Assembly (NCBI GenBank): GCA_964016885.1
Contig: OZ024756.1
Span: forward strand, 27,714,001 to 27,778,000
Reading direction: 5' to 3'
Length of the DNA stretch: 64,000 bases
From: Eledone cirrhosa
Lineage: Eukaryota
This document shows, one piece after another, positions 23,795 through 36,480 of this stretch. The stretch's first letter is position 1, and each line of letters opens with the position of its first letter. The notes beneath the pieces are model-generated. The model was not told where the DNA came from and did not search any database. It saw nothing but the letters and a program-made list of their open reading frames with translations. The position numbers and the translations under genes were made by a program.

Positions 23795-23839
23795 GTTTGT
23801 ATTTTTTTTTAATCTTATATTTTTAGCAATTTTTCTGTC

Positions 23840-24235
23840 TAAAATAAATGACCCAACCCACCTAACTCTAAATATAAATGACCCACTCCACCGTCTCTAT
23901 AAATGACCCACCCCCTCCTAACTAAATATAAATGACCCCCACCTCACTCTAAATATAGATGACCCGTCCCCATCTAACTAAATATAAATGAACCACCCCC
24001 TCTTAATTCTAAATATAAATATGACCCACCCTCTCTTAATTCTAAATATAAATATGACCCATCTCTCCTAATAAAATATAAATATGACCCACTCCTACCT
24101 AACTCTAAATATAAATGACCCACCCCCCTCTTAATTCAAAATATAAATATGACCCACCCCTCCTAACAAAATATAAATATGACCCACCTCTCCTAACTAA
24201 ATATAAATATGACCCACTCCCACCTAACTCTAAAT
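23840..24235. repeat. ~30-35-bp degenerate minisatellite
   Basis: AAATATAAAT(AT)GACCCACCCCTCCTAACT-like units. Confidence 0.8.
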
Positions 24236-24625
24236 GCAGAATTTAGTTATAACCCTTTACGTTCTAAGTTCAAATTTCTCTGAGGTCAACCCCAGTGTGT
24301 TACTGGCACTTTAGTTTATCAACCCAATAATAATAATGATTTATGATTTAGGCACAATGCCAGCAATTTTGGGGAACGGGAAAGGCAATTAAATCAACCC
24401 CAGTGTGTTACTGGTGCTTTATTTTATCGACCCTGTAAGGATGAAAGGCAAAGTTAACCTCAGCAGGATTTGAACTCAGAACGTAAAGGGCCATAACTAT
24501 GCTGCAAAGAATAGTGTCTGACACTCTACCAATACTGCCAAACCACTGCCCTATTTGTTTAACATTTCAAACATTTTCATAACTTTTATTTTTTACTTCC
24601 TTTTAAATGTTATTTTGTGAATCAG

Positions 24626-24714
24626 GTTCCCTCCCAGAAGCAAAGAATGGAAAGCTGTTTAATACTTGTCCAGTATTTAACCCAGATGGAGAGTTGATTG
24701 CCCAGCATCAGAAG
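24626..24714 (+). CDS. NIT2: Omega-amidase NIT2, exon 4
   Basis: GSLPEAKNGKLFNTCPVFNPDGELIAQHQK, ending at the catalytic Lys; ATCAG acceptor, GTGAAA donor. Confidence 0.93.
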
Positions 24715-25261
24715 GTGAAATTTTTAATGACTAGAATTGTTTTCAACACTCTGACGCGTATATGTATATGTGTGTGTGTATATGTGCATATGCATACATT
24801 TATATGTATGAGTATATAAATATAAACATGCAAACACAGACACACTTACAAAAATATTCACTCATAGACATACATTCACACACATTCATACACACACACA
24901 CACACATATTCACACAAACACACATACATTCACACAAACACACACATACATTTACACAAAGACACACATACAAACAGCATAGCAAATGGAACACTGGTCG
25001 CTGTCATGCTATAGTTTTTTCACCATCCCCTTCTTTCTTTTTACACACACATACATTCACTCTCACACATTGTGTGATAGACAGAAGTCTCACAAATTTA
25101 TATATAGATTTTCTAATTTCAGCCTTGGTTGGTTTGCACATGTCTATAAATTTAGGCATTCAACATAAATTATTTGGAGCTATTCCTTTTTAAAGCAGGA
25201 TGCATTATTATATACTAACTGGCCCCATGACGGCTAAAGGGTAGATATGTATTTGTATATA

Positions 25262-25429
25262 CCGTATTTCCCGGTGTCGAAGACTCTACTTTTTCCCTAA
25301 AATAAGTCTCAAAAATCTACCATGCGTCCCGGAGGCCGAAGATTGTTTATTATTCTTTTTCAAATTTTTGGTTGTCAAAATTAGGGTGCGTCCTCGAGGA
25401 CAAAGCATCTTCGGCACCAGGAAATATGG
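25262..25429. mobile_element. Tc1/mariner-superfamily MITE (CCGTATTTCC TIR, TA TSD)
   Basis: TA-CCGTATTTCCCGGTGTCGAAGA ... TCTTCGGCACCAGGAAATATGG-TA; related copies at ~28646-28816 and ~42609-42930. Confidence 0.6.
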
Positions 25430-27055
25430 TACCTTTCAATTGCGGTCGTTTTGTATTCTTGATTAAGCTAATTTATTTCGATATTGCTGGGGACTTGGCT
25501 CCTTGAACAACACATACACACAAACACTCACACACACACACACTCACAAAAGTGTAGCCAATCTAAGAATGCTAGTTAAAATATTACATACACACACATC
25601 TACACAAGCATACACATAAACAGACTCAGAGAAAATAATTATTACATGCATACAGGGAGGCACATGGCTTAGTAGTTAGAGCATTGGCCTTGCAATCGAA
25701 AGGTTGTGAGTTCAATTCTCAGACCGGGTGATGTGTTGTTTCCTTGAGAAAGACACTTTATTTCACATTGCTCCAGTTTACTCAGCTGTAGAAATGAGAT
25801 GATAGGGACTGGGGTCCATATCATTCCACTGCAAAGTGGTCATGGAGGTGCCACGGCAAAAAAGTACCCAGCACTCACTGTAAATGAGGTTGGTGTTAGG
25901 AAGGGCATCCAGCTGTAGAAATCAAGCCAGAATCAGTTCCCGTCCCACCCTTGCAAGCAGGGAAAAGCGGACATAAAATGAAATGATGATAAAATGATGA
26001 TACACATATATGTGTGTGTGCATATATATACATTTATTTGTATGAGTAACACAGGTGTAGCGAACGCTGTTCTCTTGTTTTCTATAGTGTTTCACCAGCC
26101 CCCTTTCTTCCACACTCATCACATAGATGTGTGTGTAGGTAATCATTATTTTGTATGATGTATATGTATGTATTTATATTTATATACTGAAACAGATGAG
26201 TTACAAAAAACACAGCATTATATATTAGTAGATGATCTGTCCATGGGACCATGAGACATCATCATCATCATACCATTTAACATCCATTTTCCACACTAGC
26301 CTTAGGATTCTGTATGTTGGAGAACACTCTCCCACATTGTCCAGACATGATATAATCATTCTAGTAGTGATGGTGGTTTGTATATTTTTGGAGATTGCTT
26401 GATGTACCTTTGAACTAAATAAACTATAGCTAAGGGTCACTCATCCTTGAGGGCGTCACTTTAAAAAATATTTTTTTATTTTATCATTAGTAAATGGAAT
26501 AAATCAATCAACTAGTTAACCCTTTAGCACTTAAACCGGCCGTATCCGGTCAGAATTCTCTCACCTCTTTCTGTTCAAACTGGCTGCTTGTACTGATAAA
26601 ATAAATAATATCATAATCTCATAGATTCAATATTATGTGAGATAAAGCCTTTACCATGAAAATATAATAGTATATATAGAGTAATGTAAATGTTAAAGGG
26701 TTAAAAGGAATATTTTGTAACTAATTTGATTTTGGAATCATTAATAAATAATAATTATGTGTAATTATTTTGAATATTTTAGAGAAAGACCTCAAATTTT
26801 ATATAGGTTAGGGTCTCAGCAGAGAATTCTCTTTTTGCATGTGTCTTTCCTGCAGTCGTCACTTTACAAATGTTTAAGGAGAGTGTTAACTTTATTGATA
26901 TCACTTGTTTCGGAAGACCTCTCCAGGGCCTTAGTTGCAAGACAAACTAAAAAAAATTTTTTAAATCTCATTCTTCCTTCCATCTCATCTTTCTGAAAAG
27001 GTTACCTTTGTGATTTTTAATTCCTTATTTTTTTATTTTATTTTTTTTCAACCAG

Positions 27056-27149
27056 GTACACTTATTTGACATAGATATTCCTGGAAAGATATGTTTTCAA
27101 GAGTCAAAAATTTTGAATGCTGGCAATAAATTAACTACATTCAATACAC
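27056..27149 (+). CDS. NIT2: Omega-amidase NIT2, exon 5
   Basis: [31 protein letters not shown]; CCAG acceptor, GTAAGT donor. Confidence 0.95.
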
Positions 27150-27474
27150 GTAAGTTTAAGGTTCAATACACAACAGTTCTCATACATCTATCTCATTTTC
27201 TTTAGTTTGTTAAGCCCTTCAATATTGTTGGCTTTTTGCCTAAATCAAAAACCATTATTACTATTATTATGAATGGACCTGTTATTTTTATCTAAAGACA
27301 TTTTTTCCAATTCCACCCCACCTGTCCCCTCAATCTATCTTATTTCTCATTCTTTCTTCTGATGAAGGACTAGCATCCAAAATGTTAAGAGCCCCTTCCT
27401 GCTATATCAAGCATTAACCTAATATATCCCTTCCATATCCTGTACCGATCATGTTATTATTTCTGTTTACCTTT

Positions 27475-27505
<31 letters not shown>

Positions 27506-27904
27506 CAGACCCACACTGTAAATGTGGTTGGTGTTAGGAAGGGCATCCAACTGTAGAAAACCTGCCAGACAGTCCTATGCGAGCAAGACAATCACTCTTG
27601 CCTCAAGTGGGACTACCCCCGTCCAAACCCATGCAAGCGTGGAACACGGACGTTAAACGTTGATGATGATGATGATGATGATATATATATATATATATAT
27701 CATCATCATCATCATCGATTAACATCTATCTTCCACGCTAGCATGGGTTACACAGATCCCATTTAGAAGCAAGTTGAGTCGGGTGACTGCATCTCGCCCA
27801 TATAGGGGTGTTTCTGGCTGGTTTTCTATGGCTGGATGCCCTTTCTAACACCAACCCCATTGACAGTGTGTGCTGGGTGCTTTTTGCCGTGTCTTTTACA
27901 TGTC

Positions 27905-28200
27905 CAAAAGAAACTGGGTATAAGAGGGATAAGTTGTGGTGTTCAGGAGAGAAGGCTGAGATGGTATGGACATGTGATGCGCATGGAGGATGACCGTGTG
28001 CCAAGAAATCCCAGTAGAAGGAAGACGCAGTAGAGATAGACCACGAAAAACATGGGCGGAGGTGGTGAGAGCAGACCTCAGATTGCTGAAACTCACCGAG
28101 GAGATGACAAAGGACCGTGACAAGTGGAGAGATGCTGTGCTGAATAGGACCCGTCCAACCCTTGCAAGCAGGGAAAAGCAGACGTAAAATGATGATGATG
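27905..28200 (+). mobile_element. RTE-clade LINE 3' fragment
   Basis: RRLRWYGHVMRMEDD / VEGRRSRDRPRKTWAEVVRADL...DRDKWR (frameshifted), ending in (GAT)n. Confidence 0.85.
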
Positions 28201-28368
28201 TATATATATATACATATACAAACGCACACGCATATATATTTACATATATATACATATACACACACATACACACATATATCTATATCTATATATATATATA
28301 TATATATATGACATGGTATAGTACTGTATAGGTCATTTTTTAATGTATACCTTTTTGCATTTTTACAG

Positions 28369-28443
28369 CATTCTGCAAAATTGGTATTGGTATTTGCTAT
28401 GATATAAGATTTGCAGAAATGGCACAGTTGTATGCTAAGCAAG
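28369..28443 (+). CDS. NIT2: Omega-amidase NIT2, exon 6
   Basis: [26 protein letters not shown], with the catalytic Cys in ICYD; TTACAG acceptor, GTACGT donor. Confidence 0.95.
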
Positions 28444-28898
28444 GTACGTTTAACCTTTATAAATTACTCCCCTTGGCACTGTATTACGTATTAATAAAAA
28501 TAAATAAATAAGTAAACAAACAAATAAATTAAGGGGAGATTACTCTATTGGCGACTTCTGTTGCCCACAGCACCAAGAGGATTAATTTTCTGTTCATTAC
28601 AGCAAAGGTTTAAATACAGATATTCAAACCTTTGCCATAATACCTACCATATTTCCTGTCATCAAAGACCCTGCTTTTTTCCTAAAATGAGTCACAATAA
28701 TCTACCATGTGTCCAGGAGGCTGAGGATTATTTTTATTATTTTTTTCAAATTTTTGTTTGTCAAAATTAGGGTGTGTCTTCGAGGACGAAGTGTGTTCGA
28801 CACCGGGAAATATGGTATCTATTTCCTATTTCTTCTGCACTAGTTACAGAAGAAAGCTCAAATCGTTTGTTTCTTTAATCTTCGATTGTTTCAACTTC

Positions 28899-28934
28899 GT
28901 ATCTGAAGAGGGTAATAGCGCTGAAATATCATGC
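28899..28934 (+). ncRNA. Minimal hammerhead-like motif, weak stem II
   Basis: GUAU CUGAAGA ggguaauagcgcu GAAAU AUC AUGC; stem I pairs but stem II is poor. Confidence 0.4.
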
Positions 28935-29869
28935 CATAATACACTGGATAAAATATTTCTTTACTTTGTTTTGTTTTGTTTCATTTACTATCATTTACCC
29001 TTTATATTTTCTATTGTATTGTACTGGGCTTTTAAAAAACTTATCGGTCATTTGTTACACACACACACACATATATATATATAAATATCATCATCATCAT
29101 CATCATCATTTTACATCCACTTTTTCCTGCTTGCAAGGGTGGGACGGGAACTGATTCTGGCTTGATTTCTACAGCTGGATGCCCTTCCTAACACCAACCT
29201 CATTTACAGTGAGTGCTGGGTGCTTTTTTGCCGTGGCACCTCCATGACCACTTTGCAGTGGAATGATATGGACCCCAGTCCCTATCATCTCATTTCTACA
29301 GCTGAGTAAACTGGAGCAATGTGAAATAAAGTGTCTTGCTCAAGGAAACAACACATCACCCGGTCTGAGAATTGAACTCACAACCTTTCGATTGCAAGGC
29401 CAATGCTCTAACCACTAAGCCATGTGCCTCCAATCATATATATATATATATATATTGGGCTTGCAATCGAAAGGTTGTGAGTTCAATTCTCAGACCGAGT
29501 GATGTGTTGTTTCCTTGAGCAAGACACTTTATTTCACATTGCTCCAGTTTACTCAGCTGTAGAAATGAGATAATAGGGACTGGGGTCCCTATCATTCCAC
29601 TGCAAAGTGGTCGTGGAGGTGCCACGGCAAAAAAGCACCCAGCCCATACTGTAAATGAGGTTGGTGTTAGGAAGGGCATCCAGCTGTAGAAATCAAGCCA
29701 GAATCAGTTCCCGTCCCACCCTTGCAAGCAGGGAAAGGCGGACGTAAAATGATGATGATGATGATATATATATATGTGTGTATGTTGGAGCAAATTCATT
29801 CTACCCACGCCAGTATTTAAAAAAAAAACAATTGATTATAAACATATTGCTATGTTTCTTTATGTCTAG

Positions 29870-30047
29870 GCTGTAAGCTTCTTGTATACCCAGGAGCATT
29901 CAACATGACGACTGGACCAGCTCACTGGGAGTTGCTGATGCGTGGCCGTGCCTTGGATAACCAGTTATATGTTGCCACTGTATCACCAGCGCGTTCTGAA
30001 ACAGCATCATACACTGCATGGGGCCACAGTACTATTGCCAGCCCTTG
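29870..30047 (+). CDS. NIT2: Omega-amidase NIT2, exon 7
   Basis: [59 protein letters not shown]; TCTAG acceptor, GTAAGT donor. Confidence 0.95.
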
Positions 30048-30122
30048 GTAAGTTGACCTTCATATCATAGCCACATTGTTGTTAGTCAGCTTTATGTCTC
30101 GTGTCAGACAGAGCGACTCAGC

Positions 30123-30530
30123 TCTGTGGGGAGATAACCTTGATATCATAGCTAATGTCTCATCATATCATAACTATATAAGACTGTGTTGTGTTGACCT
30201 TGATATCATAGCTATATTATTCTGTGGTGAGATAACCTTGATATCATAGCTAATGTCTCATCATATCATAACTATATAAGACTGTGCTGTGTTGACCTTG
30301 ATATCATAGCTATATTATTCTGTGGTGAGATAACCTTGATATCATAGCTAATGTCTCATCATATAACTATATAAGACTGTGCTGTGTTGACCTTGATATC
30401 ATAGCTATATTATTCTGTGGTGAGATAACCTTGATATCATAGCTAATGTCTCATCATATCATAACTATATAAGACTGTGCTGTGTTGACCTTGATATCAT
30501 AGCTACATTATTCTGTGGTGAGATGACCTT
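30123..30530. repeat. 98-bp tandem repeat (~4 copies) in NIT2 intron 7
   Basis: GAGATAACCTTGATATCATAGC recurs at 30131 and 30229 and onward; an internal sub-repeat is ACCTTGATATCATAGCTA. Confidence 0.9.
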
Positions 30531-30953
30531 GTAGCAAGTGAGTACTGGGTGCTTTTTGTCGTGTTACCAACACGACCACTTTACAGTGTGGACTGAGTGC
30601 TTCATTGGATGTATACTTTGTACTGCCCTTGTGTGAGTTGTATGGGAGGGTGGGGTGGTGCATACTGTATATGCTTGAGTTTCAGCCTCTACCTGTGAGA
30701 AGTCATGTCTTCTGTATTACTGCATAAAGTCAGAGATCTCGGTCCTGTGTCGTTGTCTTTGACAGGTGCAATTGGGCAAGGTCAGCTTTTATCACCTCAT
30801 CCCAAGTCTTTCTGGGTCTCTCCACTCCAAGGCTCGCATCGACTTGGAGCGCTCTGCACCTTTTTATGCAGCTGTCATCCTTCATGATATATATATGTTT
30901 GTAGAAATTTGTTTTTTTTTTTATAAATTTCTACAAATTTCATACTTGACGAA

Positions 30954-31016
<63 letters not shown>

Positions 31017-31018
<2 letters not shown>

Positions 31019-31649
31019 TAGCAGAATGGCCCAGCATTGCTCAGGATTTGCTCTAGGGTTCTTATATATTTGATATATATTTATCCTTATCGAGCCTTGT
31101 GAAATAAATACGTTTGTTTATATTTTGTTATTGTGTATGCAAAAATATCTGTACACGAATATATAATTATATATATATATATATATATTAAAATAACAGA
31201 TTAAAGTTTAAGCAAAGAATCGCTGCTTTCACCCTTAATGGGATCTTCTGAAACTAAAAAATCAATCTGTGAACGCAGGAGTAAATATTTTGAAAAACGT
31301 TACACACTATATATATATATATACACTCACTATATATACATATATACACACACATATAGCGTCATAATGTCGTAATGCAGACAGCCAGACATACAGACAG
31401 ATATCATAAGGGCGCGACGTTATAGCTATGTATCTATCTAAAAAGAAAGACTAAGAATTATAGAGAGAGATCGCTAAATCGCCTAATGCGGTCCCTAGGG
31501 CATTGAAAATTTGAAATATCTTTTGCTCAAAACACTCACAGGACCATAAGTATTACATGTGTGAAGTTTGAAAACAATCGGTTGGGTGGTTCTTGAGTTT
31601 TAGGGAATCAGACAGACAGACAGACATTCTCTGTTTTAGATATATAGAT
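31017..31649 (+). mobile_element. Non-autonomous Helitron-like element (Lep1/HINE-like architecture)
   Basis: Starts ACTAG...GGCCCAGCATTGCTCAGG and ends AAGTTTGAAAACAATCGG...(GACA)n...ATATATAGAT. Confidence 0.45.
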
Positions 31650-31998
31650 AATTGTTTCCACTTTTGGCACAAGGCCAGCAATTACCCAGTACATTACTGG
31701 TACTTTATTTTATCGACCCCCGTAAGGATGAAAGGCAAAGTTAACCTCGGCAGGATTTGAACTCAGAATGGCAAGGGCCGTAACTCTATGCGTCAAAGCA
31801 TGGCGTCTGACCCTCTACCGATACTGCCAATCCACCGATAGGTAATATATGGAGAATAGGATGGCCGTGTAGTTGCTAGTTAAGGTAGGCTTAAAAATAA
31901 GAATAAGAAGCAGAAGAAAGCAAGAACGGGGGTGGGTGGGTGGGGAGTTTTCCTCATCAGTTGTCTACTGGGGGTCTCGGATATTTCAACGCCTTGTT

Positions 31999-32038
<40 letters not shown>

Positions 32039-32106
32039 CAAGAAGTGTAAGTCACCAGGTTAAAAGTAAGTCAACATACTCAAAATTATATATATCATCA
32101 TCATGA

Positions 32107-32450
32107 GAAGGCACATGGCTTAGTGGTTAGAGCATTGGCCTTGCAATCGAAAGGTTGTGAGTTCAATTCTCAGACCAGGTGATGTGTTGTTTCCTTGAGC
32201 AAGACACTTTATTTCACAGTGCTCCAGTTTACTCAGCTGTAGAAATGAGATGATAGGGACTGGAGTCCATATCATTCCACTGCAAAGTGGTCGTGGAGGT
32301 GCCACAGCAAAAAAGCACCCAGCACTCACTGTAAATGAGGTTGGTGTTAGGAAGGGCATCCAGCTGTAGAAATCAAGCCAGAATCAGTTCGCGTCTCACC
32401 CTTGCAAGCAGGGAAAAGTGGACGTAAAATGAAATGATGATGATGATGAT
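32107..32450 (+). mobile_element. tRNA-derived SINE family B (CORE-like centre, RTE-type tail)
   Basis: A box TGGCTTAGTGG, B box GTTCAATTC, CCTTGAGCAAGACACT...CAGCTGTAGAAATG, and a (GAT)n tail. Other copies: 25655-26000(+), 29095-29431(-), 29455-29763(+), 40742-41083(-). Confidence 0.85.
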
Positions 32451-32464
32451 CATTATCATGTTAA

Positions 32465-32652
32465 GGGCGGTGGATTGGCAGTATCGGTAGAGGGTCGGAC
32501 GCCATGCTTTCCAGCATAGTTACGTCCCTTTACGACCTGAGTTCAAATCCCGCCGAGGTTGACTTTGCTTTTCATCCTTACGGGGTCGATAAAATAAAGT
32601 ACCAGTAACGCACTGGGTAATTGCTGGCCTTGTGCCTAAAGCAGAAACAATT
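32465..32652 (+). mobile_element. tRNA-derived SINE family A (representative; dozens of copies in both orientations)
   Basis: A-box-like TGGCAGTATCGG, B box GAGTTCAAATCCC, conserved body TTTCATCCTTACGGGGTCGATAAAATAAAGTACCAG, and an AT-rich tail. Other copies include 11145-11359(-), 16575-16790(+), 24340-24552(-), 31650-31836(-), 34622-34810(+), 44983-45172(-) and 54072-54255(+). Confidence 0.85.
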
Positions 32653-32680
32653 ATCATGTAATGTCGATTCTTCCACGCTA

Positions 32681-32709
<29 letters not shown>

Positions 32710-32716
<7 letters not shown>

Positions 32717-33063
32717 ATACTTTGGGAGGGTCATGTTGCCAATAAGAAACACATGCACCAGTTGCTTTCACTTCAATTTATTATAATAAATTTATAAATT
32801 TATAAATTTCTGGTTGGTTGGTTGGTTCCACAACCAGATAGTTGTTTATATATTGTCATAGTTCTTTCGTCACACACTCTGTGACCTCTTCAGTCACTGG
32901 GGATTCCTTTCTTTGTTTCTGTGCCTCTCCTTTGTTCTGTCCTACGCCATTTTGTTTCTGTGCGTGTGTTTCTTATTGGCAACATGACCCTCCCAAAGTA
33001 TAACAATATCGGTTTCAACACACGATTTCAGATAAAGAATCTTGCTAAACAAATTCAGAAACG

Positions 33064-33066
<3 letters not shown>
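32710..33066. mobile_element. Penelope-like 3' region with internal inversion
   Basis: 32710-32950 is the reverse complement of the 37020-37277 region; 32960-33066 is in direct orientation; (TA)n flanks. Confidence 0.75.
32855..32897 (-). ncRNA. Hammerhead motif of the Penelope-like family
   Basis: GUGA CUGAAGA G GUCACA gagug UGUGAC GAAAG aa CUA UGAC; one stem I mismatch. Confidence 0.45.
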
Positions 33067-33104
<38 letters not shown>

Positions 33105-33614
33105 CACAATATTACATGAAGGTACATGGCCTATTAGTTAGGATGCTTGATGTACAATCCTAATGTCGTCAGTTCAATTCCTCGACCAGTTGTGTGTTGT
33201 GTTCTTAAGCTAAACCCTTTATTTCAAGTTGTTCCAGTACACTCCACTGAGAGTGAGTACCAGCAGTTAATCCTGCAATATGTCGGCATCCTATCCAGGG
33301 AGAGTCTTGTACCCTCAGTCTCTTAAAACCGAGGAAACTGGGGATAAACACAGACTTTAGCATTTAAACCGGCCATATCCGGTCAGAATTCTCTCATCTC
33401 TTTCTGTTCAAACCAGCCGTAACTATCCCCTCATACTAATGTTAAGGTATTGTTCTCAAAATAAATAATATCAAAATCTCATAGATTCGATATTATGTGA
33501 GATAATTATGTGAGGTAAAGTCTTTACTGTGAAAATACAACAGTAAATATAGAGTAATGTAAATGTTGAAGGGTTAACTCAACTAACTTAACTATATACT
33601 TTATTTTATTTCAG

Positions 33615-33670
33615 GGGTAAAGTGATATCAACTACTGACCATAAAGAAGACATTATATATGCTGAACTTG
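33615..33670 (+). CDS. NIT2: Omega-amidase NIT2, exon 8
   Basis: GKVISTTDHKEDIIYAEL; TTTCAG acceptor, GTAAGA donor; phases fit both neighbours. Confidence 0.9.
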
Positions 33671-33840
33671 GTAAGAAGTACTAATTGTCGTTGATGATGA
33701 TCATTATCATCATCATCACCATCATTATTTTCATCATTATCATCATCATCATCATCATCACCATCATCATCATCACCATCATCATCGTCATCATCATCAT
33801 CATCACTATCATCACCACCACTGTCATCATCATCACCATC

Positions 33841-33874
<34 letters not shown>

Positions 33875-34053
33875 CTATCATCACCATCACTATCATCATC
33901 ATCATCATCATCATCATGTTGGTTGTTCTTTTTCTCACCCTCCTCATCCTGATGTTGGTATGGTGGTAGAGGAATGGTTTGTTTTCTAGTTAGGTGTTTC
34001 TTCAGATAAGTTCATAGTGAAACCCATGCAAGCGTGGAAGATGGACGTTAAAC

Positions 34054-34084
<31 letters not shown>

Positions 34085-34374
34085 TGTTTTTCAGAGATGT
34101 AAGTATTGTTGACACAATGTTTCTTTAGACATTCTCTCTGACCATCTTCAGGTGATATTTCTTAACCGAGCAAGGCATTGAAACTGGAACCTTTATTTAA
34201 CTGAATTAACCATCTCATGAAGTAACCATTGACCTATTGTCACAGATATCATTCACCTGAAGACCATCTGAGAGAATACCGATTAAAATGTTGTGCCAAC
34301 AACACATCCAAGATAAGAAAAATAGTAAGCAAAAAAAAAATCCTCCAGAATTTCTCATTATATTTCTACAACAG

Positions 34375-34466
34375 ACATGGACTATGTTGATGAGGTGCGT
34401 ACACAAATACCACTTAGGAAACAGAAGAGGAAGGATCTCTATGACATCACAGATGTTACGGAATAA
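34375..34466 (+). CDS. NIT2: Omega-amidase NIT2, exon 9 (stop)
   Basis: DMDYVDEVRTQIPLRKQKRKDLYDITDVTE*. The summed CDS is 837 nt = 278 aa plus stop. Confidence 0.92.
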
Positions 34467-35578
34467 ATTCATAATCGGAAGAACAAGCAGTGCTGTGTGA
34501 TGTTAACCATTACTAGTTTATAGTCATAACTATTATTGTTATTGATTATTTTTATTATTATTATTATTTACACTGGGATAATTGCTGGCCTTGTGCCAAA
34601 AGTAGAAACAATTATTAATAAGGGCGGTGAATTGGCAGTATCGGTAGAGGGCTGGACGCCATGCTTTCTAGCATAGTTACGTCCCTTTACGATCTGAGTT
34701 CAAATCCCGCCGAGGTTAACTTTGCCTTTCATTCTTACGGGGTCGATAAAATAAAGTACCAGTAATGCACTGGGCTAATTGCTGGCCTTGTGCCAAAAAT
34801 AGAAACAATTATTATTATTATTATTATTATTATAGGGTGGTGGATTATTATAGGGAGGTAGATTGGCAAGAGCAGTGGATTGGTAAGGGGGGGGGGGGGT
34901 GGATTGGCAGTATCGGTAGAGAGTTGGACACCATGCTTTGCAGCATAGAGTTACGGCCCTTTACAATCCGAGTTCAAATCCTGGTACGGTTAACTGTACC
35001 TTTCATTCTTATGAGGTCGATAAAATAAAATACCAGTAACGCACTGGGGTTGATTTGATCAACTTTGCCTCTCCCCCAAATCGTTGGCCTTGTGCCTAAA
35101 GTAATTGTTGTTTTATTATTATTATTAGTTTTATTATTATTATTAGTTACGGCCCTTTACGATCTGAGTTCAAATCCCCCTGAGATTAACTTTGCCCCCA
35201 AAAATTATTGGCCTTGTGCCTAAATCATAAACCATTATTATTTGACATTTCTGTATGACTTACTAAATAATTCTAACCATTATTCTGATGATTTATAAGG
35301 TTAATATTTTTGTATTAAGAGAAAACATAAAGAATTATTATTAGCAAAAACCTTGCTGTTATGTTGTTTTTGTTTTTTAATTTTTGGAATTGAAAATATT
35401 CTTACCCGAAAGAATACGATTGCGAATACAAGCGGCTGAAATGGGGTTCCTTTGAAGGGTCTTTGGAGTAACATTACTCAATAGAGTGCTTAACTCAGAG
35501 ATCAGAGAGTCATTCCAGGTAGAGCTGCTACTTTCCCGAATTGAGAGATCATAGCTCTGATACAACGGCATGTGGTTA

Positions 35579-35649
<71 letters not shown>

Positions 35650-36363
35650 CATATATACATATATACATATATATATATATATACATATATACATATATAC
35701 ATATATACATATATACATACATATTTATATACATATATATATAAGTATGTACATGTACATATATATATACATACATGCACACATATATATATGCACATAT
35801 ATATATATATATGGACCGAGACCTTTGGCGGTACTCAGTAACAGAGAAGACCCGCCTTACCTAAATATATAGTAAAACCTACTCCAGCCAGTAGGCATCT
35901 CTAACAAAATACACCCCGTCCCACCACCCCCACCCCCACCCGATCCACACCACCCCGTTCTATGTAAAGTTATGTTGGTGCCGCGCCATCGAGGCCGAAA
36001 CAAATGAGATCGTGTAGGTGTCACGACAAAAAAAACACACAGTCCACGCTGTAATGTGGCCGTGTAGGCAACACGGTAAAAACCTCCCAGACCCACACTG
36101 TAAATGTGGTTGGTGTTAGGAAGGGCATCCAACTGTAGAAAACCTGCCAGACAGTCCTATGCGAGCAAGACAATCACTCTTGCCTCAAGTGGGACTACCC
36201 CCGTCCAAACCCATGCAAGCGTGGAACACGGACGTTAAACGTTGATGATGATGATGATGATGATGATACACGCATATATATATATATATATATATATACA
36301 CGCATATATATATATATATATATATATATACACGCATATATATATATATATATATATACACGC

Positions 36364-36398
<35 letters not shown>

Positions 36399-36480
36399 TA
36401 CACACATATACACGCATATATATATATACACACACATATACACGCATATATATATATACACACACATATATACACATGTA

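Noticed and set aside
27355-27390. Hammerhead as an active ribozyme
   Set aside because: CGAAACG appears decayed to CAAAATG, so the catalytic G12 is lost; it is kept only as a relic.
32107-32180. tRNA genes at the SINE heads
   Set aside because: A and B boxes are present, but there is no convincing cloverleaf and each head continues into a SINE body.
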